This document shows, piece by piece, positions 19,460 through 31,814 of a stretch of DNA of 64,000 bases. Origin of the DNA: Verrucomicrobiota bacterium. Its GTDB lineage: Bacteria; Verrucomicrobiota; Verrucomicrobiia; Limisphaerales; SXTU01. Each line of letters begins with the position of its first letter. The first letter of the stretch is position 1. The translations under genes and the position numbers were made by a program. Where the stretch lies: positions 190-64,189 of the forward strand of contig JACRKB010000032.1 of NCBI GenBank assembly GCA_016235545.1, written 5' to 3'. The notes beneath the pieces were generated by a model. It made no database searches. It had not been told where the DNA came from and worked only from the letters and a program-made list of their open reading frames with translations.

Positions 19460-19855
19460 AGCGGAGTTTTAGCGGGTGAAGCGAGGAAGCGGAAGCGGCG
19501 AGTTGCGGGAAGTAGAGGACAGAGCGTGGCTGGGAGAGAATGGAGGACAGAGGAAAGCGTCGTGGCTGCTCGCAATCCTCCATCCTGTCTCAACCAGATT
19601 TCCCTGGGAGCGCAGTCGCATGGGCGCGGAGGGCTCGACCTTTGGGAAGCAGCGCCGAGGGGCGGAGCGCAAGGGGTTGAATCCGGACGCGGCGGGTCAC
19701 CCAACTAATAGTGGTTCCGGCATGAAATAACCGTTGTCGGCAGTGTGGGTTTTCCGATAGATTTTGCGGCGTCTCGAAGTCGGGTTGCCGTGCCGTTTCC
19801 AAGCGGTTTTTTCCGGTGGGTTTGCCGTGCTTCGCGACAGCATTTTACAGAACCA

Positions 19856-22314
<2,459 letters not shown>

Positions 22315-22323
22315 AGAAAGAAA

Positions 22324-22353
22324 TTGACGGATGTAGTCACATGTGACCACATT
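22324..22353 (+). promoter_or_regulatory. Toxin-antitoxin promoter with overlapping operator palindrome
   Basis: TTGACG (-35-like) at 22324; perfect palindrome GTCACATGTGAC at 22336-22347; ATG only ~7 nt after the -10-like CACATT. Confidence 0.6.
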
Positions 22354-22359
22354 GCAGCC

Positions 22360-22692
22360 ATGAAGACCAAACCACGCCCAACAAAACTCCCCGAACCGAA
22401 GTCGCAGACGATGGTGCTCAACGACGCCATCGCGATGCCCGAGCTTGGGCTGACGTTCCCCGTCCGCGTCGCCAAAGCCAAGCTCTCGGCCCTGCTGGAG
22501 TTGGTCGCTTCCGGGCAGGATGTGGTCATCACCTCGGATGGTGAGCCCAAAGCCAGACTTGTTGGCATCAAACAACGCGAGCGTGGCAAGGTGTTCCGTG
22601 GCATGGGGGATTACCTCATGAGCCAGCCCGTCCACGTTGGGCCCACGGCGGATGAAGTCATCCGCGAGGACCGTGACGCGCGGGGCTGGTAA
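22360..22692 (+). CDS. Phd/YefM family antitoxin
   Basis: VAKAKLSALLELVASGQDVVITSDGEPKARL; C-terminal ADEVIREDRDAR; directly upstream of a PIN gene. Confidence 0.85.
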   Translation: MKTKPRPTKLPEPKSQTMVLNDAIAMPELGLTFPVRVAKAKLSALLELVASGQDVVITSDGEPKARLVGIKQRERGKVFRGMGDYLMSQPVHVGPTADEVIREDRDARGW

Positions 22693-22694
22693 CG

Positions 22695-23144
22695 ATGTAT
22701 CTCGACTCCGCCATCATCGTGAAGCTGCTTGTCCGCGAACCGGACAGCGGGTGGTTCAACGAGCACCTCGACGGGTTGAAGTTTCAGACATCGGAGCTGG
22801 CGCTCACCGAAGTGCCCGCCGCTCTCTTGGCCAAGGAGCGCGCGGGTCAACTCACCGACCTGAAGCGCGCCGCCGCGCGCGTGCGGTTTGAGGAAATGGT
22901 CGAAGACGAGGCCCTCGTCCTGCTGCCGCTGAATCGCGCCGTCCTCCAGAGGGCCGCCAACATTATCCAAGCCTGTCACCCGCGCGTGCCCTTGCGGACG
23001 CTGGATGCCATTCACGTTGCGACCTGCGACTTGAGCAACTGCGCCCCGCTGTGCGCCACCGACAACCGGTTGCGCGCCGCCGCGCAGCATCTCGGCCTCC
23101 AACTTTTCCCCGATCGACCCGAAGACGTCACGATCGCCAACTAG
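22695..23144 (+). CDS. vapC: VapC-type PIN-domain toxin
   Basis: MYLDSAIIVKL, TSELALTEV, LRTLDAIHVA, TDNRL acidic PIN residues. Confidence 0.88.
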   Translation: MYLDSAIIVKLLVREPDSGWFNEHLDGLKFQTSELALTEVPAALLAKERAGQLTDLKRAAARVRFEEMVEDEALVLLPLNRAVLQRAANIIQACHPRVPLRTLDAIHVATCDLSNCAPLCATDNRLRAAAQHLGLQLFPDRPEDVTIAN

Positions 23145-23153
23145 CTTTTCCCC

Positions 23154-25826
23154 ATGCCCGACGAAACTCCACCCACTCCCACGCCCGCACAGACCGGCTC
23201 CGCCTACACGCAGGGCGAAAAAATCACCAAGATAAACGTCGCCGACGAGATTAAGAACTCGTTCCTCGACTACTCGATGTCCGTCATCATCTCGCGCGCG
23301 TTGCCCGACGTGCGCGACGGCCTCAAGCCCTCGCAACGCCGCATCCTTTACGCGATGCACGAGCTGTCGCTCTTCCCCGGGCGCAAGCACTACAAGTGCG
23401 CCAAGATTTGCGGCGACACCTCCGGCAACTACCACCCGCACGGCGAGGCGGTGATTTACCCCACGCTCGTCCACATGGCCCAGCCGTGGGTCATGCGCGA
23501 GAAGCTCGTGGACGGCAAAGGCAACTTCGGCTCCGTCGAGGCCGACCCGCCCGCCGCGATGCGTTACACCGAGGCCCGGCTCACGCACCTGGGCGCGGCG
23601 CTGATGCAGGACATGGACCGGGACACGGTGGACTTCGTCCCGAACTACGACGAGCGCATGACGGAGCCCACCGTCTTCCCGGCGGCCTTCCCGAACCTGC
23701 TCGTCAACGGCGGCACCGGCATCGCCGTCGGCATGGCCACGAACATGCCGCCGCACAATCTCGGGGAAATTGTGGACGGCATCTGCGCGCAGATTGACGA
23801 CCCGGCCATCACCATCGCGGGCCTGATGAAGTTCATCAAAGGCCCTGACTTCCCGACCGGCGGCTTCATCTGCGGCATCGAGGGCATCAAGAATTATTTC
23901 GAGACCGGGCGCGGCTCCATCAAGCTGCGCGGCAAAATCGGCAGCGAGGAATTGCGCGGCAACCGCGAGCAGCTCGTCATCACGGAAATCCCCTTCAACG
24001 TGAACCGCGCTGCGCTCGAATCGAGCATCGCCGACCTCGTGAACCAGAAAATCATCACGGACATCTCCGCGATGCGCAACGAGTCCGACGAGCACTGCCG
24101 CCTCGTCATCGAGCTCAAGCGCGACGCCCTGCCCAAGGTCGTCATCAACAATCTCTTTCAGCACACCCAGCTCGAGATTTCCTTCAGCGTCAACGCCCTC
24201 GCCATCGACCACGGCAAGCCCAAGACGCTGAACCTCAAGCAGCTCATCTCCGCCTACATTGACCACCGCCGCGAGGTCATCCTGCGCCGCACCCGCTTCG
24301 AGCTGCGCAAGGCCGAGGACCGCGCCGAGATTCTCGAAGGCCACCTTGTCGCCCTCGCCAACCTCGACGAGTTCATCCACATCATCCGCAGCAGCGACAA
24401 CAAGGAGGAAGCCCGCGTCAAACTCCTCGCGTTCGAATGGACGCGCGAGCAGGTCGAGCGCTGGGGCATTCTCATTCGTCGCGAAAACCAGCTCACCGAC
24501 GGTCGTTACTCGCTCGCCGAACGCCAGGTGGACGCCATCCTCGAACTCCGCCTCTACCAGCTCACCGGGCTTGAAATTGACAAGGTCGAGGCCGAATACA
24601 AAGCCCTCCTCGAAGTCATCAAGGACCTGATGGACATCCTCGCGAAGGAACCGCGCGTCATGGGCATCATGAAGGCCGAGCTGAAGGCCATTAAGGAAAA
24701 GCACGCCACGCCGCGCCTCAGCCAGATTGTCCCCGACGAAGGCGAGATTGCCATCGAGGACCTCATTGCCAACGAGGGCGTCATCATCACCCTCACCCAT
24801 GCCGGCCTGCTCAAGCGCACCGCCGTCTCCGCTTACCGCGCCCAGCGTCGCGGCGGCAAGGGCGTCATCGGCATGACCACGCGCGAAGCCGACACGCCCG
24901 AGGAGAGCGACTTCATCGAGCACCTCTTCACCGCCAGCACGCACGACTACCTGATGTTCTTCACGAACAGCGGCCGAGTGTATGTCGAGCGCGTCCACGA
25001 AATCCCCGACATGGGTCGCGCCTCGAAAGGCCGCAGCATTGCGAACCTCCTCGAACTCCAGGCCAACGAGAAAATCGCCGCCCTCATCCGGATCCAGTCC
25101 AAGACCGATGCCAACAAGGCCGACGTGACCTGGCAGCAGCCGGGCGAACTCTTCTTCGCCACGCAGCAGGGCACGGTGAAGAAGACCACCCTCAACGAAT
25201 ATGGGAACGTCCGCAAAGGTGGCATCATCGCCATCGGCATTGATGCAGCCGACAAGCTCATTGACGTCAAGCTCACGCGCGGCAGCCTCGTGGAGAGCGA
25301 CGAAGTGAAAGACCCCGGCGACGATGTTGTCCTCATCACCCACAGCGGCATGAGCATCCGCTTCAGCGAAGCCGATGTGCGCTCCATGGGCCGGGGCGCA
25401 GGCGGCGTCAAAGGCATCACCTTGGAAGCAGGAGATGAAGTCGTCGCCCTCGCCATCGTCGTGCCCGACGCGACCCTGCTCGTCGCCGGCGAAAATGGCA
25501 TCGGCAAGCGCACCTCCTTCGACGAATATCTCGTGCAATCCGAAAGCGGCGCGCGCAAGCAATCCCGCGGCGGCAAGGGCCGGATCACCATGAAAGTCGG
25601 CGACAAGACCGGCGGCGTGGTCGGCGCGCTCACCGTGCAGGATGCCGACGAAATCATGCTCATCACCGCCGGAGGCCAGATGGTCCGCATCCCCGTGCAG
25701 GGCATCCGCGAGGCGGGCCGCAACACCATGGGAGTGAAGCTCGTCAACCTCGACCCCGGCGACAAGCTCCTTGCCATCGCCCCCGTCATCAGCGAGGAGC
25801 GAGGCGAGGAAGCCCCATCCGCCTGA
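23154..25826 (+). CDS. gyrA: DNA gyrase subunit A
   Basis: RALPDVRDGLKP, YHPHG, AAMRYTE (catalytic Tyr), GyrA-box QRRGGKG, C-terminal pinwheel repeats. Confidence 0.97.
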   Translation: MPDETPPTPTPAQTGSAYTQGEKITKINVADEIKNSFLDYSMSVIISRALPDVRDGLKPSQRRILYAMHELSLFPGRKHYKCAKICGDTSGNYHPHGEAVIYPTLVHMAQPWVMREKLVDGKGNFGSVEADPPAAMRYTEARLTHLGAALMQDMDRDTVDFVPNYDERMTEPTVFPAAFPNLLVNGGTGIAVGMATNMPPHNLGEIVDGICAQIDDPAITIAGLMKFIKGPDFPTGGFICGIEGIKNYFETGRGSIKLRGKIGSEELRGNREQLVITEIPFNVNRAALESSIADLVNQKIITDISAMRNESDEHCRLVIELKRDALPKVVINNLFQHTQLEISFSVNALAIDHGKPKTLNLKQLISAYIDHRREVILRRTRFELRKAEDRAEILEGHLVALANLDEFIHIIRSSDNKEEARVKLLAFEWTREQVERWGILIRRENQLTDGRYSLAERQVDAILELRLYQLTGLEIDKVEAEYKALLEVIKDLMDILAKEPRVMGIMKAELKAIKEKHATPRLSQIVPDEGEIAIEDLIANEGVIITLTHAGLLKRTAVSAYRAQRRGGKGVIGMTTREADTPEESDFIEHLFTASTHDYLMFFTNSGRVYVERVHEIPDMGRASKGRSIANLLELQANEKIAALIRIQSKTDANKADVTWQQPGELFFATQQGTVKKTTLNEYGNVRKGGIIAIGIDAADKLIDVKLTRGSLVESDEVKDPGDDVVLITHSGMSIRFSEADVRSMGRGAGGVKGITLEAGDEVVALAIVVPDATLLVAGENGIGKRTSFDEYLVQSESGARKQSRGGKGRITMKVGDKTGGVVGALTVQDADEIMLITAGGQMVRIPVQGIREAGRNTMGVKLVNLDPGDKLLAIAPVISEERGEEAPSA

Positions 25827-25830
25827 GCCT

Positions 25831-25899
25831 CGTGCCGGCGACTTGCAGTCGCCGTCATCTGTGTGCACGACACCCGACGGCGAGTGCAACTCGCCGACG
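25831..25899. repeat. REP-like inverted pair (GCCGGCGACTTGCAGTCGCCG family)
   Basis: CGTGCCGGCGACTTGCAGTCGCCGTC ... GACGGCGAGTGCAACTCGCCGACG; same family occurs in-frame at 28282-28306 and 50601-50710. Confidence 0.75.
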
Positions 25900-25969
25900 C
25901 AGGTTCATGGGCAGCCGAACGCCCACCTTTTTCATTCTCTCCACTTCGCACCACGACTAGCCTGCTCGC

Positions 25970-26710
25970 GTGTTGCCGGAACGAAAATGGGAAGCTGAAC
26001 CGCTGCTGCGCTTCGTCGCGGGCGTGTGCTTCTGCCTCTCCATCGGCACACTGGCGACCAGCGCCATTCTCCCCGCAGCTGCCTTTGCCACGCAGGAGGG
26101 AAAGTTCTTTCTGTTCGTGAGCAACTCCATCGTGCTGCACGGCGGCACATTGCTGCTCGTGGCCATCTTCCTGCGCGAGCACGGCATTGGGTGGCGGGAG
26201 GGATTTGGCTTCAAGAGCGCCGGTCTGCTGCGCACGCTCTCGCTCTCCCTCGCCGGAGTCGTCATCGCGTTGCCGATGGCACTGGCGCTTCAGCAGCTTT
26301 CCGCGATGGGCATGAAGAGCGTCAGCGTGCAGCCGGAGGTGCAGTTGGTGGTGCAGACCTTGCAGGCGACACAAACCCTGCAACAGCGCGTGTTCTTCGC
26401 GTTCGTCGCCATCCTTGGCGCGCCGGTGGTCGAGGAAATCATCTTCCGCGGCATCCTCTATCCCGCCCTCAAGCAGCGCGGCTGGCCGCACCTCGCGCTC
26501 TGGGGCACGTCGCTTTTTTTCGCGCTCACGCACGCGAACGTGGCCACCTTCCTGCCGCTGACCTTCCTCGCGATGGTGCTGGTGTTCCTCTACGAGCGCA
26601 CCGGCAACCTCCTCGCGCCCATCCTGACCCACAGCCTGTTCAACGCGGCGAACTACTTCGCCCTCGTCTTTCAGTCCGAGCTGAAGGAGTTCTTCAAAGT
26701 GCAACCGTGA
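25970..26710 (+). CDS. CPBP/Abi family intramembrane metalloprotease
   Basis: APVVEEIIFRG, FALTH, THSLFN motifs; multiple transmembrane helices. Confidence 0.9.
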   Translation: MLPERKWEAEPLLRFVAGVCFCLSIGTLATSAILPAAAFATQEGKFFLFVSNSIVLHGGTLLLVAIFLREHGIGWREGFGFKSAGLLRTLSLSLAGVVIALPMALALQQLSAMGMKSVSVQPEVQLVVQTLQATQTLQQRVFFAFVAILGAPVVEEIIFRGILYPALKQRGWPHLALWGTSLFFALTHANVATFLPLTFLAMVLVFLYERTGNLLAPILTHSLFNAANYFALVFQSELKEFFKVQP

Positions 26711-27642
26711 AGGAGTTCGACCTCATCGCGCGCCTCAAGGCCACGCTCCCCACGCACGAGTCGGTGCTGGCCGGCGCGGGCGACGACTGCGCCGTGCTGG
26801 ACCTCGGCCTGCCGCACCATCTCGTGCTCTTCAAAACCGATGCTGTCGTCGAGGGCGTCCACTTCACCATCGACGCGCCTCCGGAAAAAATCGGCCACAA
26901 AGCGCTTGCCCGCTGCCTCAGCGACATCGCCGCGATGGCCGGCACGCCCACGCACGCCGTCGTCACGCTCGCGCTGCCAGAGAAGTTCGACACCGCGCGC
27001 ATCGAGGCAATCTACGCGGGGATGAACGCGCTCGCGCGGAAGCACGGCGTCGCCATCGTCGGCGGCGAGACAACCACCAACCCCGAGCGGCTGCTGCTCT
27101 CCATCGCGCTCCTCGGCACCGTGCCGCGCAGCCGCCAAGTGCTGCGCTCCGGGGCGAAGTCCGGCGACGCCATCTTCGTCACCGGCACGTTGGGCGGCTC
27201 GTTGATCGGGCGGCATCTCGAATTTGAGCCGAGGCTGGCGGAGGCTCGCTGGCTGGCCGAACGCTTCACCGTCCACGCGATGATTGATTTGAGCGACGGC
27301 CTTGCGGGTGACCTGCGACACATTCTCGAAGCCAGCGAAGTGGGTGCCGACCTGCTGGCGAGCGCCATTCCCATCAGCCGGGCCGCCAAACTTCAGACAC
27401 GCGAGGAATCCTCCGCCAAGCCACCGCTGCTTGCCGCACTCACGGACGGCGAGGATTTTGAACTGCTCTTCACCGTCGCCAGCCGGACAGCCGTGCCGCT
27501 TCTGGACGCGTGGAAGGCGCAGTTCCCCGACGTGAAGCTCTCGTGCGTCGGCAAGATCACGTCCGCACCTGGCCTGCGCCTCCGCGACGAGCGCGGACTG
27601 CGCGAGTTCAACCTGCGCGGCTTTGAACACTTTTCGAGTTGA
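26707..27642 (+). CDS. thiL: Thiamine-monophosphate kinase
   Basis: GTG start overlapping the upstream stop (GTGA); EFDLI, GAGDDCAVL, VEGVHF, LSDIAAMAG, IDLSDGL, GEDFELLFT. Confidence 0.95.
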   Translation: MKEFDLIARLKATLPTHESVLAGAGDDCAVLDLGLPHHLVLFKTDAVVEGVHFTIDAPPEKIGHKALARCLSDIAAMAGTPTHAVVTLALPEKFDTARIEAIYAGMNALARKHGVAIVGGETTTNPERLLLSIALLGTVPRSRQVLRSGAKSGDAIFVTGTLGGSLIGRHLEFEPRLAEARWLAERFTVHAMIDLSDGLAGDLRHILEASEVGADLLASAIPISRAAKLQTREESSAKPPLLAALTDGEDFELLFTVASRTAVPLLDAWKAQFPDVKLSCVGKITSAPGLRLRDERGLREFNLRGFEHFSS

Positions 27643-27782
27643 GCCACAGATGAACACAGGCGAGAAGCTTTGTCAGGAGGGCAGGAAGGCAGGAGGGAAA
27701 AGGCGGTCTATGGCCTTTGTTTCCTGGCTTCCAGCCCTCCTTATGAACTCTTTTTCTCCTTCATCTGTGTCCATCTGTGGCT
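27642..27782. repeat. Double-nested inverted repeat between thiL and tsaE
   Basis: AGCCACAGATGAACACAG (27642) / CTGTGTCCATCTGTGGCT (27765) enclosing AGGAGGGCAGGAAGGCAGGA / TCCTGGCTTCCAGCCCTCCT. Confidence 0.8.
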
Positions 27783-27783
27783 G

Positions 27784-28242
27784 ATGAAAGTGTGCCTCAC
27801 CAATTCGCCGGAAGAGACCGCCGCGCTCGGCGAGGCGTGGGCGAGAGAAACTGCGCATGGCTGGACGTTGGCGCTCTGCGGCGACCTCGGCATGGGCAAG
27901 ACACAGTTGGTGAAGGGTCTCGCGCGTGGGCTGGGCATCACGGCGCGCATCGCCTCCCCGACCTTCGCGCTTGTCAACGAGCACACCGGCGGACACCTGC
28001 CGCTCTTCCATCTCGACCTCTACCGGCTCGACACCCGTGCGCAAATCGCCGGCGCGGGGCTGGACGAATACTTCTTCACCCCGCGCGGCGTGACGGTGGT
28101 GGAGTGGGCGGAGCGGTGGTTCGGCACCGCTCCGAGTTCCGAGTTCCGAGTTCCGAGTTTCTCCGGTCGGCTGCGCTGGGTGAAGCTCACATCTGAAAGC
28201 GAGACGACACGGCGCATCGAGTATGAAGATTTTGGCTCTTGA
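27784..28242 (+). CDS. tsaE: tRNA threonylcarbamoyladenosine biosynthesis ATPase TsaE
   Basis: GDLGMGKT, SPTFALVNE, HLDLYRL, VEWAE. Confidence 0.95.
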   Translation: MKVCLTNSPEETAALGEAWARETAHGWTLALCGDLGMGKTQLVKGLARGLGITARIASPTFALVNEHTGGHLPLFHLDLYRLDTRAQIAGAGLDEYFFTPRGVTVVEWAERWFGTAPSSEFRVPSFSGRLRWVKLTSESETTRRIEYEDFGS

Positions 28243-28939
28243 GTTCTCCTCCGCCCGGCGCGGCGCGGCGGTCGTCGAGGTCGTGCCGGCGGTTTGCAAT
28301 CGCCGACTAGACGCATCGTCAGCCACAGAAGGGGACAGCACGTCAGCGGCGCGGGGCGGGCGTGTCCTCGGGCTTGCCGTGGCTGAGGGCATCGTGCCGG
28401 GGCCGTTCGAGTTGATTGAGTCGGCCCTGCGATCGGCGGGAGTCGAGCGTGAGCAGGTCGAATGCATCGCGGTTGGGCTGGGGCCGGGATCTTACACGGG
28501 CATCCGATCGGCCATCGCGCTGGCGCAAGGCTGGCAGCTCGCGCTCGGGGTGAAATTGCTGGGCATCAGCACCGCTGAAGTGCTGGCGAGCACGGCGCAG
28601 GCAGCGGGTGTGGCAGGCCGCGTCACCGTGGTGATAGATGCTCTTCGCGAAGAATTTTACTCGGCCAGTTACGAAATCACAGCGGGTGGCTGGCGTGAGA
28701 CAGCTCCGCTGCGACTGCTCAAACGCGAAGCCGTCGAGGCGCTGGCGGCAGCTGGCGAGATTCTCCTCAGCCCGGATGGGAAATGCTTGCCTGCTGGAGC
28801 CAAGCTGGTTTTGCCTTCCGCTGCCGAACTCGGGCGGCTGGCTTCCCTGCGCGACGACTTCCAACCAGGCGAAAAGCTGGAGCCGATTTACTTGCGCGAG
28901 ACGAGCTTCGTGAAGGCACCTGCACCGAGGTTTTACTGA
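28223..28939 (+). CDS. tsaB: tRNA threonylcarbamoyladenosine biosynthesis protein TsaB
   Basis: MKILALEFS, AVGLGPGSYTGIR, LEPIYLR; overlaps tsaE. Confidence 0.92.
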   Translation: MKILALEFSSARRGAAVVEVVPAVCNRRLDASSATEGDSTSAARGGRVLGLAVAEGIVPGPFELIESALRSAGVEREQVECIAVGLGPGSYTGIRSAIALAQGWQLALGVKLLGISTAEVLASTAQAAGVAGRVTVVIDALREEFYSASYEITAGGWRETAPLRLLKREAVEALAAAGEILLSPDGKCLPAGAKLVLPSAAELGRLASLRDDFQPGEKLEPIYLRETSFVKAPAPRFY

Positions 28940-29224
28940 ACTGGAGCGCGGACGCCAAAGTCCGCCGGAGCCGACACCATCCGGTTTCAACCCTGACTCC
29001 AAAGTCGGACTCGATCCTTCGGCGAGGAACGCGGCCTTCAGGCCGATGAAATATGCGCAGGCCAACTGGTTGCCGAATGCGCTTTTCCTCCCGAGCCAGC
29101 TGCGACGTGAACGCCCCGCTCAGTGCGCCTCTTACGGGTCCCCTGCGGTTCCGATTTCGGAACTCGTGGTTGGTTTCCCAAGAAGGCCAGGCTCCAACCA
29201 GGCGCGGAGGGCTGGCACTTCTCT

Positions 29225-30385
29225 CTACCTTTTCCTGGGGTTTGTCAGCTCAAAGGTCGCCGCCATGCTGAGATGCTGGGCCTTCCTTCCGGCCTGCTCC
29301 GCCTCTGCGTGGATGGGGATCAAGCCATTCCTGCTGCAATAAATGTTGTCCAGACGCATCCACGCGGGGATATGCGTGTTGCCGGGAAAAGTCGCGCCCA
29401 CGCCTTGCCCGCGTTCGTTGAAGGCTTCGATCCAGTTTTCGCGGTAGTGCCGGTAGGCCTGTCCGTGCGTCGGCACGTTGAAATCGCCGCAGACGATGAA
29501 CGGGACTGAGAGGGAGCGTGTGGCGGAAACCATTTTTTGCGCGAGATCGAGCTGATGCCGGAAAAACTTTGAGTTCTCCTCGCGGATCTTGTCGCCGTGC
29601 CCTCCCTCGCGCCCCAGCAGCGCGGAGAATGCGCCCAGGCCCTTCATTGCGTTGATCTGGTCGCGAGGTGTCGGCATGTGGACGACGAAGACCAGAAGGG
29701 ATTGGCCGTGTGCCTCCACTTCAAACCACGCCGCCACCCGGCGCCGGGTTTCGGCAGGGTCGGGCCACGGCAGCGCGTCGGCGGCGCGGATGGGAAATTT
29801 GCTGATGAGCATGAACTGGTCCTTCACCACGATGTAGCGGTCGGGATACATCTCCGCGAGCTTGGGCCCACGACCGGCAGCGGTGTCCTGCAACGCGATG
29901 ATGTCCGCCTTCTGCAGGTCGGCAAAATCCTTGAAGCCAGTCTCGCTGGCCTGGCCGATGTTGTTGGTGACGATCTTGACGGTCGGACCGATGGGGACCT
30001 GCCATCCGTGCCATCGCAGATCCATGAAGCCAAAAAGCACCACAGGGATGCACAGCGCCTGCGGCAGTAGCAGGCGTGCGTAAAACAGCAGCGACGGAGG
30101 CGCGAGCACTGCCACCGGCAGCAGCCAGCCCCAGGGTGGCAGATACATCCCAGTGCTCAGAAACTGGTGGGTCTCCGCGTGGTATTCGAGTCCGTAGAGG
30201 ATGGCCAGCAGCGCCACGCAGTAAATCACCGTCAACGCCGTCAGTGTGAAGCGCGTCCACGTCAGGAGCCGTTGCATCATGGTCACTCCGCTTCCGTGAA
30301 GCACGCCGTGCTCGCGCGGACGGGAGTAGTGCGCATCGGGCTGCGGTTCATCGGTGTTGTCGGGGGGATAGTCACGTGCGGCCAT
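29225..30385 (-). CDS. Membrane-anchored endonuclease/exonuclease/phosphatase family protein
   Basis: Three N-terminal transmembrane segments, VTNNI, ADIIALQD, VVHMPTP, CGDFN, ATFP, RLDNIY; start uncertain (30385 or 30280). Confidence 0.8.
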   Translation of the reverse strand: MAARDYPPDNTDEPQPDAHYSRPREHGVLHGSGVTMMQRLLTWTRFTLTALTVIYCVALLAILYGLEYHAETHQFLSTGMYLPPWGWLLPVAVLAPPSLLFYARLLLPQALCIPVVLFGFMDLRWHGWQVPIGPTVKIVTNNIGQASETGFKDFADLQKADIIALQDTAAGRGPKLAEMYPDRYIVVKDQFMLISKFPIRAADALPWPDPAETRRRVAAWFEVEAHGQSLLVFVVHMPTPRDQINAMKGLGAFSALLGREGGHGDKIREENSKFFRHQLDLAQKMVSATRSLSVPFIVCGDFNVPTHGQAYRHYRENWIEAFNERGQGVGATFPGNTHIPAWMRLDNIYCSRNGLIPIHAEAEQAGRKAQHLSMAATFELTNPRKR

Positions 30386-30523
30386 AAGTGTCGTTTCCAA
30401 TGAACGGCCAATCAGCCGTGCCGTCCTGCTTGGTGGCGCAAAGAAGTAGTCGGCGGCAGTGCGGATTGCACGGAAAAAGAAGCGCCTCAAGAGGGACGCT
30501 CCGGCCTTTGCGGTGCGCCACCG

Positions 30524-30727
30524 CTACTCGTTGATCCCGCTGTGTGAAAAATCCCTCTCCTCCGGCAGCCATGTCTCTTCCAGCTCTTCCCATCGGGAAA
30601 GTTTGCGAGCTCCACCGGGGGCGCTGTCATCGGCGATGGGAACTCCGGGTGGCGGGATGCTCAGTGGGAACAATGCGACAGCAGGCGGCGCTTCGGGTGG
30701 TGGCGACGATGATGGCTGCGTGCTCAT
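30524..30727 (-). CDS. Small hypothetical protein, 67 aa, Pro-rich, ending FSHSGINE
   Basis: ATG start, isolated in an otherwise non-coding gap, same orientation as its neighbours. Confidence 0.45.
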   Translation of the reverse strand: MSTQPSSSPPPEAPPAVALFPLSIPPPGVPIADDSAPGGARKLSRWEELEETWLPEERDFSHSGINE

Positions 30728-31013
30728 GTCAGCAATTTCTTCTAAGGAACTCCGTGTAAGTTGTTCACGAATCTCATTCGCGCAAGGGGCAATTTTTCGC
30801 AGCCCGAATCTTGGCGGTCTCCCAACGGCCCTTGCTTGTCCCCCGGGCGCAAATCAGGAATTGCGAACCTCTCATTAGCACACGGCTTCAGGGTGTTGGT
30901 GCATGAGCACGATGGCCAGGCGTTTCAACGGCTTTTGCAAACCGCCCAGCAAGCCATCTGGGGCAGACTGCTGAATTCCTGAGCCGCAAGCCGAATTCGT
31001 CGAGGCCAACCCT

Positions 31014-31739
31014 TCAGCCGATCCCTCGCCGCATCGACTCCAAACGGTAGGTTCCCATGATGCACTCGTCCACAGCTCCGCGTTCTTTGAGCAGAGCGGT
31101 AGTCAGCGTCGTGCCGCACGCGGTCCGCAGCCGTTCGGCAGAGGTCCCCTCGATCAAGAGCACCCAAGACGGGACCTCGGTAGCATTGTTACGCGCCTGC
31201 TGCTCCACGGTTTTTATCCCGGAGCCCGCCGCATCCGTGACGCCCAGGTGCGCACTCAGGACGCCGACGCAGCCCAAAAGCGCGGGGAACGCCTCGGCCA
31301 GCAAAAACCACTGCAAGGATTCAGCGCGGGCCTCGGCAACAGACAAGCGCAGCGTGGCGATCATGCCGCCATGGCCCATGCCCTGCGAGCCGGCCACGCG
31401 GCACAAGCCCCTCGACACGTTGCGAAAATACGGAAGAGCTTGTTTTGTCCAAGGCGTCGGAGCATTGAGCCGGGCAAGATACGCCTCGCCGACAAGAACC
31501 TGAAACGTGTCCACCTCGTAGAGGTTGAAGTAGTCTTGGCCATCACCCTCAACGCGGAGGTAGCGCCGGCCGCGCCGGAAGCCGGGGATGGCGAGGCGCT
31601 CGGGCATGTGCTCCCGATCATGCCATTGGTAAAAGGTCTCCAGGCCCTCGGGAGCGAGGTCGTGCCAGATGGCGACGAAGGCATCACCCGCCAGTCCGTT
31701 TGCCTGCTGCGCGTTCATCGGTGTCATAAGAGGCGTCAA
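31014..31739 (-). CDS. EthD/DUF4286-like dimeric alpha-beta barrel protein
   Basis: FYQWHDREHMPERLAIPGFRRGRRY, YFNLYE, YLARLNAPTPWT. Confidence 0.75.
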   Translation of the reverse strand: MTPLMTPMNAQQANGLAGDAFVAIWHDLAPEGLETFYQWHDREHMPERLAIPGFRRGRRYLRVEGDGQDYFNLYEVDTFQVLVGEAYLARLNAPTPWTKQALPYFRNVSRGLCRVAGSQGMGHGGMIATLRLSVAEARAESLQWFLLAEAFPALLGCVGVLSAHLGVTDAAGSGIKTVEQQARNNATEVPSWVLLIEGTSAERLRTACGTTLTTALLKERGAVDECIMGTYRLESMRRGIG

Positions 31740-31814
31740 CCCGTGTAGGAATTTGCTTTCTGGCTGCGGCGCAGCTCCGTCGCAGAAGGTCGCCCTTCCC
31801 CGATGCAGTGTGGG

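Noticed and set aside
19560-19800. Possible structured ncRNA (6S-like) or tRNA in the arnT-gyrB divergent gap
   Set aside because: No cloverleaf or convincing long stem could be built by eye; needs an Infernal/Rfam scan
22611-25889. 1092-aa minus-strand ORF
   Set aside because: Antisense shadow of vapC/gyrA caused by high-GC codon bias; no recognisable motifs
26026-26706. Apparent 227-aa N-terminal extension of ThiL
   Set aside because: Out-of-frame overlap with the CPBP protease gene; ThiL homology starts at GTG 26707
28940-29224. Short ORFs and REP half-site after tsaB
   Set aside because: Only a degenerate GCGGAC..GTCCGC stem; the ORFs lack coding-like composition
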